Shown here piece by piece: positions 18,820-28,992 of a stretch of 64,000 nucleotides of DNA (positions within the stretch are counted from its first letter, which is position 1; each line of letters begins with the position of its first letter). Made by a program: the position numbers and the translations under genes. This stretch comes from an uncultured Candidatus Rokubacteria bacterium (GTDB taxonomy: Bacteria; Methylomirabilota; Methylomirabilia; Rokubacteriales; DASRDR01): assembly GCA_963708025.1 (NCBI GenBank), contig CAVPSB010000016.1, positions 64,001-128,000 of the forward strand, read 5' to 3'. The notes below the pieces were generated by a model, which was not told where the DNA came from, did not search any database, and saw only the letters and a list, made by a program, of their open reading frames with translations.

Positions 18820-20706
18820 ATGCTCGACACGTCGGTCGCCGCAGCTATCCACCGGGCGCAGGACCATCTGCTCGAGCTTCAGGACCCCGCCGGATTCTGG
18901 CTGGGCGAGCTCGAGGCCGACGTCACCATCACATCCGAGTACCTCCTGCTCCGCCACCTTCTCGGCACCCCGGACCCCGCCCTCGAGGCCAAGGCGGTGC
19001 GGTACATCCGGGAGCGCCAGAGCCCCGACGGCTCGTGGAACCTCTACGAGGCCGGCACCGGCGACATCTCGGCCAGCATCAAGGCCTATTTCGCGATGAA
19101 GATGGCCGGGGTCGCCCCCGGCGATGCCGCGATGGTCCGGGCCCGGCAGTGGATCCTCGACCACGGCGGGCCGGTCCAGGCCAACGTTTTCACGAAGATC
19201 ACGCTGGCGCTCTTCGGCCAGTACCCCTGGGGCGGCGTGCCCGCGATGCCCGTCGAGATCATGCTCCTCCCCCGGTGGTCGTACTTCAACATCTACGCGG
19301 TCTCGTACTGGTCACGCACGGTGATCGTTCCGCTCCTTGTCCTCATGGACCGCCGTCCGGTTCACCCCTTGCCCGGCGAGCGGGGTCTCGACGAGCTGTG
19401 GGCCCATCACCTCCACCTGGAGGATCCCTCCTACGCCCGACGGCGCTGGCTCTCCTGGAAGAACGTTTTCATCGGGATGGACGGGTTCGTCAAGGCCTGG
19501 GAGGGCTACGGCCCGCGCCCGTGGCGGCAGCGCGCCATCCGCGCCGCGCACGACTGGCTCGTGCCCCGGCTCTCGGTCCCCGGCGGACTCGGCGGCATCT
19601 ACCCGGCGATGACCAACGCGGTGCTCGCGCTGCGGCTGCTCGGCTACGCCGACGATCACCCGCTCGTCGCCGGTCAGCTCAAGGAGCTGGAAGCCCTCGG
19701 CCTCGAGGAGCCCGAGCGGTTCCACGTGCAGCCGTGTCTGTCGCCGGTGTGGGACACCTGCCTCGCCCTGAACGCGCTCCGTGACTCGGGGTTGCCGGCG
19801 GGGCACCCCGCGCTCGTCCGGGCCACCGACTGGCTGCTCGACCGGCAGATCCTGGAGCCTGGCGACTGGCAGCGGAGCCGCCCGGGACTCGAGCCAGGCG
19901 GCTGGCCGTTCCAGTTCGACAACGATTTCTACCCCGATCTCGACGACACGGCGATGGTGCTGATGGGTATTGCCCAGGTCGACCACCCCGATCCAGCGCG
20001 CCTGCGCCAGGCGGTGGACCGCGGCACGCGCTGGCTCCTGGGCATGCAGGGCCGGGACGGCGGCTGGGGGTCCTTCGACGTGGACCAGACCCGGCTCCAG
20101 CTCAACAACATCCCGTTCGCCGATCACGGAGCCCTCCTCGACCCCGCGACCGAGGACCTGACCGCCCGCTGCCTGGAGTGCTTCGCGCGCCTCGGGATGA
20201 AGACGGACCATCGCGCGATCGAGGCCGGCCTGGCCCTCCTCCGGCGGCGCCAGACCCCGGAGGGTGCCTGGTACGGCCGCTGGGGCGTGAACTACATCTA
20301 CGGCACCTGGTCGGTGCTGCGCGCGCTGGGGGCGGTGGGTCTGCCGTCCGACCACGAGATGGTGCGGCGGGCCGCCGACTGGCTCGAGCGCCGGCAGAAC
20401 CCTGACGGCGGCTGGGGGGAGAGCTGCGATTCCTACACGGACCCGGGTGAGGCCGGCGCCGGCCGCTCCACGCCGAGCCAGACGGCCTGGGCGCTGCTGG
20501 GGCTCTTCGCGGCCGGCCGCGACCGGGGCTCGGCGGTGGAGGGCGGGATCGAGTACCTCGTGCGCGCGCAGCGCGCGGATGGGGGCTGGGACGACGCCTA
20601 CTGGAACGGCACCGGCTTCCCCCGCGTCTTCTACCTGAAGTATCACCTCTACGCCCACTACTTCCCGCTCTGGGCGCTAGGGGTCTGGCGGCAGCGGCGG
20701 CCCTGA
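18820..20706 (+). CDS. shc: Squalene-hopene cyclase
   Basis: YPDLDDTA (DxDD), QW repeats (QSPDGSW, QNPDGGWGE), WYGRWGVNYIYGT, GTGFPRVFYLKYHLY; TGCTACACT upstream. Confidence 0.98.
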   Translation: MLDTSVAAAIHRAQDHLLELQDPAGFWLGELEADVTITSEYLLLRHLLGTPDPALEAKAVRYIRERQSPDGSWNLYEAGTGDISASIKAYFAMKMAGVAPGDAAMVRARQWILDHGGPVQANVFTKITLALFGQYPWGGVPAMPVEIMLLPRWSYFNIYAVSYWSRTVIVPLLVLMDRRPVHPLPGERGLDELWAHHLHLEDPSYARRRWLSWKNVFIGMDGFVKAWEGYGPRPWRQRAIRAAHDWLVPRLSVPGGLGGIYPAMTNAVLALRLLGYADDHPLVAGQLKELEALGLEEPERFHVQPCLSPVWDTCLALNALRDSGLPAGHPALVRATDWLLDRQILEPGDWQRSRPGLEPGGWPFQFDNDFYPDLDDTAMVLMGIAQVDHPDPARLRQAVDRGTRWLLGMQGRDGGWGSFDVDQTRLQLNNIPFADHGALLDPATEDLTARCLECFARLGMKTDHRAIEAGLALLRRRQTPEGAWYGRWGVNYIYGTWSVLRALGAVGLPSDHEMVRRAADWLERRQNPDGGWGESCDSYTDPGEAGAGRSTPSQTAWALLGLFAAGRDRGSAVEGGIEYLVRAQRADGGWDDAYWNGTGFPRVFYLKYHLYAHYFPLWALGVWRQRRP

Positions 20707-20713
20707 TCCTCCG

Positions 20714-21523
20714 GTGATCGACCGGCCACCGTCGGGCACCGTGTTCGCCTCGATCCTCGATCCGGTCCAGCGGCTCGGCCAGGCGACCCTCGGCGGCCTG
20801 AGCGCGATGGGCCGCTTCGGCATCTTCTTCGGGCAGGCCCTCTTCTACCTGGTCGTCCCGCCGTTCAAGGTCGGCCAGACGCTCTCGCGGATCTCCTTCA
20901 TCGGGGTCCGGTCGATGTCCATCATCCTGCTGACCGGCGCGTTCACCGGGATGGTGCTGGGCCTCCAGGGCGTCCTGATGCTCCGCCGGGTCGGCTCGGA
21001 GGCGTTCGTGGGGCCGGCGGTCGCCGTGTCCCTCGTGCGGGAGCTGGGCCCGGTCCTGTCGGCCCTCATGGTGACCGGGCGCGCCGGCTCGGCGCTGGCC
21101 GCCGAGATCGGCGTCATGCGCATCACCGAGCAGATCGACGCGCTCACCGTCATGGCGCTGAACCCCATGCGGTACCTGGTCGTCCCCACGCTGGTGGCCG
21201 GGGTGATCGCCCTGCCCATCCTGGGTTGGGTCTTCGACAGCGTCGGCATTTTCGGGGGCTACCTGATCGCGGTCAAGCTCTTCGGCCTCTCCGGCGGCAC
21301 CTACTTCGGCCAGATCCAGGCGTTCCTCTCCACCACCGACATCTGGGTCGGCTTCTGGAAGTCGCTGGCGTTCGGGATCGTGATCGCGTGGGTGGCCTGC
21401 TACAAGGGCTTCTACGTCGGGCACGGCGCCGCGGGCGTCGGCCGGGCCACGACGGAGTCGGTCGTCCTGGCGTCGGTGCTGATCTTCCTCCTCGACTACG
21501 TCATGGGCTCCGTGCTGCCGTGA
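20714..21523 (+). CDS. mlaE: Mla-type ABC permease
   Basis: RELGPVL.ALMVTGRAGSA.AAEIGVMRITEQIDAL, GVGRATT. Confidence 0.95.
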   Translation: MIDRPPSGTVFASILDPVQRLGQATLGGLSAMGRFGIFFGQALFYLVVPPFKVGQTLSRISFIGVRSMSIILLTGAFTGMVLGLQGVLMLRRVGSEAFVGPAVAVSLVRELGPVLSALMVTGRAGSALAAEIGVMRITEQIDALTVMALNPMRYLVVPTLVAGVIALPILGWVFDSVGIFGGYLIAVKLFGLSGGTYFGQIQAFLSTTDIWVGFWKSLAFGIVIAWVACYKGFYVGHGAAGVGRATTESVVLASVLIFLLDYVMGSVLP

Positions 21524-21527
21524 CCCC

Positions 21528-22328
21528 ATGGTGACGGTAGAGCCCGCCCTCCGCGAGCGCGATCCGTCAGGAGCCGGCGGTGCACCGTCGATCCGGATCG
21601 AGGGCCTGCAGAAGCGCTTCGCCGACCAGCCGGTCCTCCGCGGGGTCGATCTCCACGTCGAGCCCGGCGAGCTGATGGTGGTGATCGGCCGCTCGGGCGG
21701 GGGCAAGTCCGTGCTCCTCCGGCACATCCTCGGGCTCGTCCGCCCCGACGCCGGCCGGATCCTGATCGGGGACCAGGACATCACGACGCTGCGGGGCCGC
21801 GCGCTGGACCAGGTGCGGGAGCAGTTCGGGGTCGTGTTCCAGGGCGGCGCCCTCTTCGACTCGCTCACCGTCCTCCAGAACGTGATGTTCCCGATCAAGG
21901 AGAAGGGCCGGCTCCCCCTGGCCCAGATCGTCCCCCGGGCGCTGGAAGCGCTGGCCCAGGTGGGCCTGGCCGACATGGGCCACAAGTTCCCGGCCGAGAT
22001 CTCGGGCGGCATGCGGAAGCGCGTCGCCATCGCCCGGGCGCTGGTGACGGAGCCGCTGGTGGTGTTCCTCGACGAGCCGACCACCGGCCTCGACCCGATC
22101 CTGGTCAACTCGATCCACCACCTCATCGTGACGCTCCACCGGCGGTTCAACTTCACCGCGATCATGGTCAGCCACGAGATCCCGGAGATCTTTCAAATCT
22201 CCGACCGGGTCGCGGTGCTTCACGACGGTCGCATCCGCCAGGTCGGCCGGCCGGCCGAGATCGAAGGCTCGCCGGACCCGGCCGTCCGGCAGTTCATCCA
22301 GGGCGAGATCGAAACCGAGGTCAGGTAG
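21528..22328 (+). CDS. mlaF: Mla-type ABC ATPase
   Basis: GRSGGGKS, FQGGALFDSLTV, ISGGMRKRVA, DEPTTGLDP. Confidence 0.95.
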   Translation: MVTVEPALRERDPSGAGGAPSIRIEGLQKRFADQPVLRGVDLHVEPGELMVVIGRSGGGKSVLLRHILGLVRPDAGRILIGDQDITTLRGRALDQVREQFGVVFQGGALFDSLTVLQNVMFPIKEKGRLPLAQIVPRALEALAQVGLADMGHKFPAEISGGMRKRVAIARALVTEPLVVFLDEPTTGLDPILVNSIHHLIVTLHRRFNFTAIMVSHEIPEIFQISDRVAVLHDGRIRQVGRPAEIEGSPDPAVRQFIQGEIETEVR

Positions 22329-22345
22329 CGGGCGGAGGGCGAGGC

Positions 22346-22783
22346 ATGCGCCGCGAGATCGAGATCGGAGTCGGGCTCTTCATGGTAGTCGGCGTCCTCG
22401 CGCTGGCCTACCTCTCGGTCCGGCTCGGGCAGGTGGACCTCTTCGGGACCCGGGGCTACACCGTGTACGCCGACTTTCCGACCGTCGGGGGGCTCAAGAG
22501 CGGCTCGACCGTGGAGATCGCCGGGGTCCGGGTCGGCCGTGTCGAGTCCATCCGCCTCAAGGAGTACCAGGCCCGGGTGGCGATGGAGATCGACAACGGG
22601 GTCGCGCTCCAGTCGGACGCCATCGTCTCCGTGAAGACGAAGGGGCTGATCGGTGAGAAGTTCGTGCAGATCAGCCCCGGGGGCTCGGACAAGCTCGTCC
22701 CCCCCGGCGGCCGGCTCACCGAGGTGGAGTCCCCGGTTGACATCGAGGAGTTGATCTCGAAGTACGTCTTCGGCAGAATCTAG
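22346..22783 (+). CDS. mlaD: MCE-domain protein
   Basis: EIGVGLF, GGLKSGSTVEIAGVRVGRV, TKGLIGEKFVQISPGG. Confidence 0.95.
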   Translation: MRREIEIGVGLFMVVGVLALAYLSVRLGQVDLFGTRGYTVYADFPTVGGLKSGSTVEIAGVRVGRVESIRLKEYQARVAMEIDNGVALQSDAIVSVKTKGLIGEKFVQISPGGSDKLVPPGGRLTEVESPVDIEELISKYVFGRI

Positions 22784-22787
22784 GGCC

Positions 22788-24214
22788 ATGGTCACCCCAC
22801 GCCCGATCCGGCTGGCCTCGATCGCGCTCGCCCTGTGGCTGACCGCTCCGGCCGCCGCCCTCGGCCAGACCCCGGCCCCCGCCGGCGAGCGGCGGGTCAC
22901 CCTGACCCTCGAAGAGAGCCTGAAGGCCGCGCTCACCCGCGCCCCCGAGGTCCGGCAGAGCGAGGCCGAGGTGGAAGGGATCCGGGGCAAGCAGCTCCAG
23001 GCGAAGGGGCTTGGCTATCCGCAGGTCGAGGTCACGGCGGGGCTGGGCGCCTCACCCCGGGCCCGCGGGGACCAGGTCTCGTCCCCCGACAAGAAGTACG
23101 ATCTCGACATCAGCGGCGTGTTCGTCCGGGCCAGCTTCGAGATCATCCAGCCCATCTTCACCTGGGGCCTGATCGAGAACGCGCGGCTGGCGGCCGACCA
23201 TGGGGTCCGGGCGACGCAGGCCGGCGTGGACGTCAAGGCCACCGAGGTCGCCCTGAAGGTCAAGCAGGCCTACTGGGGGCTGGTGGTCGCCAAGACCATC
23301 CGCGACTTCCTCCTCGATGTCCGGGGCCAGGTCGACGACGCGATCGCCCGGAGCGAGCGCCTCGTCGACAGCGGCTTCACCACCGACGCTCGACGTGTAC
23401 CGGCTGCGGGCCGGCAAGGGCGAGCTCGAGAAGAACCTGAACCTGGTCGAGAAGAACATCGGGCTGGCCCGGACTCGCGCTCGCCACCTGGACGGGGCAG
23501 CCGGCGGGGGTCGTCGTCGAGCCGGCCGATGCCGGCCCCCCCAGCCAGCTGCGCGACCTGCGCGCGCTCATGGCCTACGTCGACGATGCCCGGGCTCGGC
23601 GGCCCGAGTTCACCCAGCTCGAGCAGGGCATCAAGGCGCGCCAGAACCTGGTGGAGGTCGAGCGGAAGAAGCGCTATCCGCTGTTCTTCCTGGGCGTCCT
23701 CGGCGTCGTCGCCTACGCCACCAACCGGGACCGGGTCGACAACCCGTTCATCTACGATCCGCTCAACGACTCGTTCGTCAGCCCGATCGTCGGGTTCAAG
23801 TACAACCTCGACTTCGGCATCGCGGACGGCAAGATCAAGGAGGCCCAGGCCGAGGTCCAGAAGCTGGAGGCCCTGCGCGACTACGCCCGTGACGGGATCC
23901 CGCTCCAGGTGCAGCAGGCGTATGACGGGGTGGTGGAGGCCCAGCGGAACGTCAAGGCCTTCGACGAGGCGCACCAGAATGCCCGGAGGTGGCTGGTGGC
24001 CGCCTCGTCCAACTTCGACCTGGGGGTCGGGGAGCCGCGCGATCTCGCGGACGCGTTCATGGCCTACGCCAAGACCCGGGGCGAGTACCTCCTGGCCCTC
24101 TACGGCCACGTGTACGGCCTGGAGGAGCTGGCGCACGCCGCGGGGCTGGACGTCGAGGAGGTCCACCGGCTGGCGCCCCCGTCGGCCCGGACCGCGGCGG
24201 GAGGACAGCGATGA
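22788..24214 (+). CDS. TolC-family outer-membrane protein (two +1 frameshifts near 23388 and 23473)
   Basis: Signal peptide, LTLEESLKAAL, QPIFTWG, VKQAYW, RPEF.QL, VQQAY spread over three successive frames. Confidence 0.8.
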
Positions 24215-24840
24215 GGCAGGGGCTGGCGATCCTGGCGCTGCTCGGTCTGGTGGCCCTGGGGCCGCCGGTCGAGGCGGGGGCGCCGACCGATCAGCTCAAG
24301 GGGGCGACCGACCGGGTCCTGGGCATCTTGCAGGATCCCCAGCTCAAGGATCCGGCGCGGGTGGACGAGCGCCGGAAGCAGATCCGGGCCGTGGCCAACG
24401 AGATCTTCGACTGGCAGGAGACGGGCAAGCGGGCCCTCGGCCGCAGCACCCAGGCCTGCACCGCCCAGCAGCGGGAGGAGTTCTCCCCCCTCTTCGCCGA
24501 CCTCATCGAGCGCTCGTACGTCGGCAAGCTCGAGCTCTACAGCGGCGAGCGCATCGTCTACGGCGGCGAGTCGATGGAGGGCGACCAGGCCACGGTCCGC
24601 ACCAGGCTCTTCACCAAGTCCAACACCGAGATCCCCATCGACTACCGGATGCTCAAGCAAGGCGACCGCTGGCGGGCGTACGACGTCGTGATCGAGAACG
24701 TGAGCCTGGTGTCGAACTACCGGAGCCAGTTCAACCGCATCGTCCAGCAGTCGAATTGCGGCGAGCTGATCAAGAAGCTCAAGACGAAGCAGGCCGAGCT
24801 GGTCTTCGAGGACGCGGACAAGGCCAAGCCGAAGCCATGA
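24211..24840 (+). CDS. mlaC: MlaC/Ttg2D (HpnM-like) periplasmic lipid-binding protein
   Basis: FDWQETGKRALG, IPIDYRM, WRAYDVVIENVSLVSNYRSQF. Confidence 0.9.
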   Translation: MRQGLAILALLGLVALGPPVEAGAPTDQLKGATDRVLGILQDPQLKDPARVDERRKQIRAVANEIFDWQETGKRALGRSTQACTAQQREEFSPLFADLIERSYVGKLELYSGERIVYGGESMEGDQATVRTRLFTKSNTEIPIDYRMLKQGDRWRAYDVVIENVSLVSNYRSQFNRIVQQSNCGELIKKLKTKQAELVFEDADKAKPKP

Positions 24841-25596
24841 GGGCCCTCGTCCTCGCCGCCGGCCTCGGCAAGCGGCTGGCGCCGTTGACCGAGGAGCGCC
24901 CCAAGGGGCTCATCGAGCTGGGGGGCCGGAGCCTCCTGGCCCGGCTCCTCGACGGCCTCCAGGGCCGCCGGCGTGGCGGAGACCACGCTGGTCGTCGGCT
25001 ACCGCCAGGAGCAGATCCGCGCCCACCTCGGCGACTCGCACGCCGGGATGCCGGTCCGGTACCTCGAGAACCCGCAGTACACCCGGAGCGCGCTGCTGTC
25101 CTTGTGGACCGGCCGGGCCGAGTTCGAGCGTGACGAGGTGATCCTGGCCGACGGCGACGTGCTGTTCGCGCCGCCGCTCCTCGAGCGCGTCGTCCGCTCC
25201 CCGGAGCCCAACGTCTTCCTGGGCGAGCCCGACTTCGTCGACACCGGCGAGGAGCAGAACCTGTACGTGCGCGGCGACCACGTCATGGCGATCCGCCGCG
25301 GCGTGATGGGACCACCCGATGCGCTCTACGAGGCCCGGGCCGAGTGGGTGGGCTTCGTCAAGGTCGGGCGCGCGGCCGGGGTCGAGCTGGCGGCGACCCT
25401 GGACGCGTTCGTTCGCGAGGGGCGCGCCGACGGGGACTACGAGCGCGCCCTCGACAGCCTGCTGCCCCGCCACCGCTTCTCGGTCTGCCTCACCGGGGGG
25501 CTGCCGTGGATCGAGATCGACTTTCCTCAGGATCTGCAGGCGGCCGAGACGGAAGTGCTGCCGCAGATCCGTCTGCTCTCGGGTGCGGGCGCGTGA
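24837..25596 (+). CDS. Phosphocholine/phosphonate cytidylyltransferase family (LicC/PntC-like; +1 frameshift near 24962)
   Basis: LAAGLGKRL..LT...PKGL, VVGY, ADGDVLF, EWVGFVK, WIEIDFPQDL. Confidence 0.82.
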
Positions 25597-25689
25597 TGCG
25601 CGGCCGGGGTTGGCAGGGGACCGACGATTCCACGCGGTCGAGGCGGCCGCACCGCTCGGCGGCGAGGGTCGGGACCAGTCCGGCCGGCA

Positions 25690-25705
25690 GGGCACGCGGC
25701 TTGCA
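25690..25705 (+). promoter_or_regulatory. Sigma-54 promoter (-24/-12)
   Basis: GGGCAC-GCGGC-TTGCA, 13 nt before the transglycosylase ATG. Confidence 0.6.
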
Positions 25706-25718
25706 CCCATACGCGGGA

Positions 25719-26375
25719 ATGCGGCTCTGGCTCACCGCTCTGGTAACGTTGTTGCCACTAGCGGCGCCGGCCGCGGCCCAGATCGTCCGGATCGAGGACG
25801 AGACCGGCGCGATCCACTACACGAACAACCCCTGCCACCCGACCTATCGGCGCCTCGCGCCGGACGCCTGCCCGCCGCCACCCGCCACAGGGGCGCCGGC
25901 GGTGGCGGCGACCATCGCGGACCCCGTGCCCGTCCCCGGCTATCGGCAGGAGATCGCGCACACCGCGACCCGCTACGGCGTGGATCACCGCCTGGTCCAG
26001 GCCGTCGTGCAGGTCGAGTCGGGCGGCAATCCCAGGGCGGTGTCGCCGAAAGGCGCTCAGGGGCTGATGCAGCTCATGCCGGCCCGGGCCGCGCTCCTCG
26101 GCGTCGCCGACGCCTTCGATCCCCGGGCGAACCTGGACGGCGGCGTCCGGCACCTGAGGGAGCTGCTGCTCCGCTATGACGGCAACGTCAGGCTGGCGCT
26201 CGCCGCCTACAACGCGGGAGAGGACGCCGTCCGGCTCCACGGCGGCGTGCCTCCGTTTCCGGAGACGCAGGAGTACGTCCGGAAGGTCCTGTCGCTCTAC
26301 GCCCCCCTGGCACCGGCCGGGACCGTGCCTGTGAAGCCACCCACCCGACGCTCCCCGGCCCGATCGCGGCTCTAG
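25719..26375 (+). CDS. Lytic transglycosylase (DUF4124-like N-terminus + SLT domain)
   Basis: Signal peptide, GAIHYTN, VES.GNPRAVSPKGAQGLMQLMP, ALAAYNAG, ETQEYV. Confidence 0.92.
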   Translation: MRLWLTALVTLLPLAAPAAAQIVRIEDETGAIHYTNNPCHPTYRRLAPDACPPPPATGAPAVAATIADPVPVPGYRQEIAHTATRYGVDHRLVQAVVQVESGGNPRAVSPKGAQGLMQLMPARAALLGVADAFDPRANLDGGVRHLRELLLRYDGNVRLALAAYNAGEDAVRLHGGVPPFPETQEYVRKVLSLYAPLAPAGTVPVKPPTRRSPARSRL

Positions 26376-26475
26376 CCCGAATGATTCGCGGAGCGTGTCA
26401 CGCGCCGCCTCCACACCTTCGTGAATAAGTCAGACTAGGACCGGGCGCGCGAGTCGTCGGGCCCCAGAGGCCCGC

Positions 26476-27654
26476 TCAGGAAAGAATCTCCTCCAGCACT
26501 CGCCCCTGCACGGCCCCGGCGTCGATGCCGAGCAGGTGGCAGAGGGTCGGCATCAGGTCCACGGTCCGGCCGTTCTCGATCGTGGCCCCGGCTCGGACGC
26601 CGGCGCCGGCCACCACCATCGGGATCCGCTGCTCGTGCTTGGAGCCGTGGGAACGGAGCCCGGTCTCATCGCGCCGGGCCGGCCCTTCGTTCCAGGTCCC
26701 GAGCGCGGTGTCCCGCGCGGCCCAGCAAATGAGGTCGCCGACCCGGTCGGACGGCAGGCGGTCGCGGCCCGCCTCCTCGCGGGCCACGACCTCGTCGATC
26801 CCCGCCGCGCCGGCCAGCAGGTCGCGGGCGGGGCCGATCGCCGCTGGATCGCGGAAGTAGAGGTAGAGAGCGCCGCCGAGGTCACGGTGGTGCGCAAAGA
26901 GGCCGTCGCGGATCAGCGGGACGCCGTGGGCCTCGATCCCGGCCTCGGCCAGCACCCGGACCGGCGACAGTGAGCGGGGCTTTGCGTTCATCCCGTGGTC
27001 GGCGGTGAACATGACCACGGTCTCGTCGAGGTCGTAGGCGTCGAGGAGACGACCGAGCTCCTCGTCGCTCTGCTCGAGGTAGGTCTGCATCGCCGGCTCG
27101 TCCGGCCCGAGCTTGTGCTGGGGGTAGTCCGTGGTGGCGACGTAGAGGAAGTCCGGCCGGAGACCCCTGGCCACCTCCCGGGCCATCCGGAGCACCCACA
27201 GGTTGATCTCCAGGGAGAAGATGTCGGGGGGAGCGCCGACCGCCGCCTGGAAGGCGGCGGGATGGCTCTTCATGTCCACGCAGTGATCGAGCCCTCGGCG
27301 GAGGAGCCGGGTCAGCTTCTCCTTGGCGGTCACCAGGGCCGTTGACCAGCCGGCCGCCCGGAGGCGCTCGAACAGGAGCGGCTCCTTCACGAACGAGACC
27401 TGGTCCATGAAGACCTCGCTCCAGGCGTCCCGGTCGAAATAGAAGTTGGTGGAGAGCCCGTGGCGCTCGGGATAGGTGCCGGTCAGGAGCGAGACGTGGT
27501 TGACGTTGGTGAGGCTGGGCAGCACGCCCCGGCCGTCGAGCGTCGAGGCGCCGCCCTTCATCAGGGCCGCCAGTCGCGGCATCCGCTCCGGCTGGACGTA
27601 GGCCGGGTCGAACCCGTTGACGAGGAAGACCAGCGCCTTCTTCGGCCGCGTCAC
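26476..27654 (-). CDS. phnA: Phosphonoacetate hydrolase-like (alkaline phosphatase superfamily)
   Basis: PSLTNVN, TAKEKL, TTDYPQHK, TADHGMNAK, LRSHG..EQRIP; GTG coupled to phnW stop. Confidence 0.75.
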   Translation of the reverse strand: MTRPKKALVFLVNGFDPAYVQPERMPRLAALMKGGASTLDGRGVLPSLTNVNHVSLLTGTYPERHGLSTNFYFDRDAWSEVFMDQVSFVKEPLLFERLRAAGWSTALVTAKEKLTRLLRRGLDHCVDMKSHPAAFQAAVGAPPDIFSLEINLWVLRMAREVARGLRPDFLYVATTDYPQHKLGPDEPAMQTYLEQSDEELGRLLDAYDLDETVVMFTADHGMNAKPRSLSPVRVLAEAGIEAHGVPLIRDGLFAHHRDLGGALYLYFRDPAAIGPARDLLAGAAGIDEVVAREEAGRDRLPSDRVGDLICWAARDTALGTWNEGPARRDETGLRSHGSKHEQRIPMVVAGAGVRAGATIENGRTVDLMPTLCHLLGIDAGAVQGRVLEEILS

Positions 27655-28781
27655 CGCGCCCTCCCGGCGGCGCCGCTTCGCGCCGCCACCCCCAGCTCCT
27701 CGAGGACGGCGGCGAAGGCCGCCACGACATCCGCCATGTCGCGTGGGGTCAGGGTCCCCATGTTGGCCACCCGGAACGCGTACCGCCGGATGTCGCCCTG
27801 CCCCGCGTAGATGATGTAGCCGCGGCGCTTCATCGCGTCGTGGAGCGCGTCGTAGGCCAGGCCCGGTGGGAGCCGGAACGTCGTGAGGACGTTGGAGCGC
27901 GCGGGCTCCGGCACCAGGATGTCGAAGCCCAGCCCGGCCATGCCGGCCCGGAGGACCCGCGCGTTCTCCGCGTACCGGGCGATCCGGGCCTCCACTCCCT
28001 CTCGCTCGAGCTCGCCGAGCGCCTCCCGCATGGCGTGAAGCACCTGGACGGCGGGGGTGAACGGGGTGTTGTCCGCCTCCTGGGTGACGTAGTGGTGGTA
28101 GAGGTCCAGGTAGACGCTGCGGGGAGGCTGGCCCTTCAGGGCCTCGATCGCGGCGCGGCGGGCCAGGACGAAGGCGATCCCCGGGATGCCCTGCAGGCAC
28201 TTGTTCGCGCTGGCCATGACGAAGTCCACGCCGTCGGCGGCGACGTCGAGCGGCTCGCCGAACAGCGAGCTCATGGCGTCCACGAGCACCCGCCGGCCCA
28301 GCCGGGCGGCCACCCCGGCGACGGCCTCGACCGGGTTGAGGAGTCCGGTCGTCGTCTCGTGATGAACGAGCGCCACGTGACTGACCTCGGGATGCGCCCG
28401 GAGCGCCTTCTCCACGTCGCCCGGCGGCACCGGGGTGACGGCGTCGTAGGCGAGAACCTCGGCGCGGATCCCGTGCGCCTCGGCGATCCGCGCCAGCCGG
28501 TCACCGTATACGCCGTTCTTCACCACCAGCAGGTCACGGTCCCGGGGCACCGTCGAGCAGACGGCGGCCTCGACCGCCGCGGTGCCGGAGCCGGTGAAGA
28601 GCACGGCCGTGAGGCGCTCCGCGTCCCCCACGAGGCGGACCAGCCGCTCCCGGCAGTCGCGCATCACCTCGAAGAACTCGGGCTCGCGGTGGCAGAGATC
28701 CGGGGTGAGGAGAGCGCGGCGGACCTCCGGGCTCGTGTTGGCGGGACCCGGGTTGAGCAGCACCCATTCACGCTCGGTCAT
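27651..28781 (-). CDS. phnW: 2-aminoethylphosphonate aminotransferase
   Basis: LLNPGP, DLCHRE, GSGTAAVEA, NGVYG, VHHETTTGLLNP, DAMSS, SANKCLQGIPG, IYAGQG. Confidence 0.9.
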   Translation of the reverse strand: MTEREWVLLNPGPANTSPEVRRALLTPDLCHREPEFFEVMRDCRERLVRLVGDAERLTAVLFTGSGTAAVEAAVCSTVPRDRDLLVVKNGVYGDRLARIAEAHGIRAEVLAYDAVTPVPPGDVEKALRAHPEVSHVALVHHETTTGLLNPVEAVAGVAARLGRRVLVDAMSSLFGEPLDVAADGVDFVMASANKCLQGIPGIAFVLARRAAIEALKGQPPRSVYLDLYHHYVTQEADNTPFTPAVQVLHAMREALGELEREGVEARIARYAENARVLRAGMAGLGFDILVPEPARSNVLTTFRLPPGLAYDALHDAMKRRGYIIYAGQGDIRRYAFRVANMGTLTPRDMADVVAAFAAVLEELGVAARSGAAGRAR

Positions 28782-28992
28782 CGCCCCACCCCTTCCGGGT
28801 CTCCGGCGTTTCGCGCGCTCTCGAGCCACGATAGAATGGCGAAGGCGCGGCCGTCGAGCTCTGTCGCTTCATGGAATCCTACACCAGAAAGTCCACGTTC
28901 ACGCCCCTCGGCTGCGCCCCGCTCCCGAGGCCGGCGCGTCACTCCGAGTGTCCGGCCCCGAGGGTGACGGCGTCCGACCGGCGGGGGGACCG

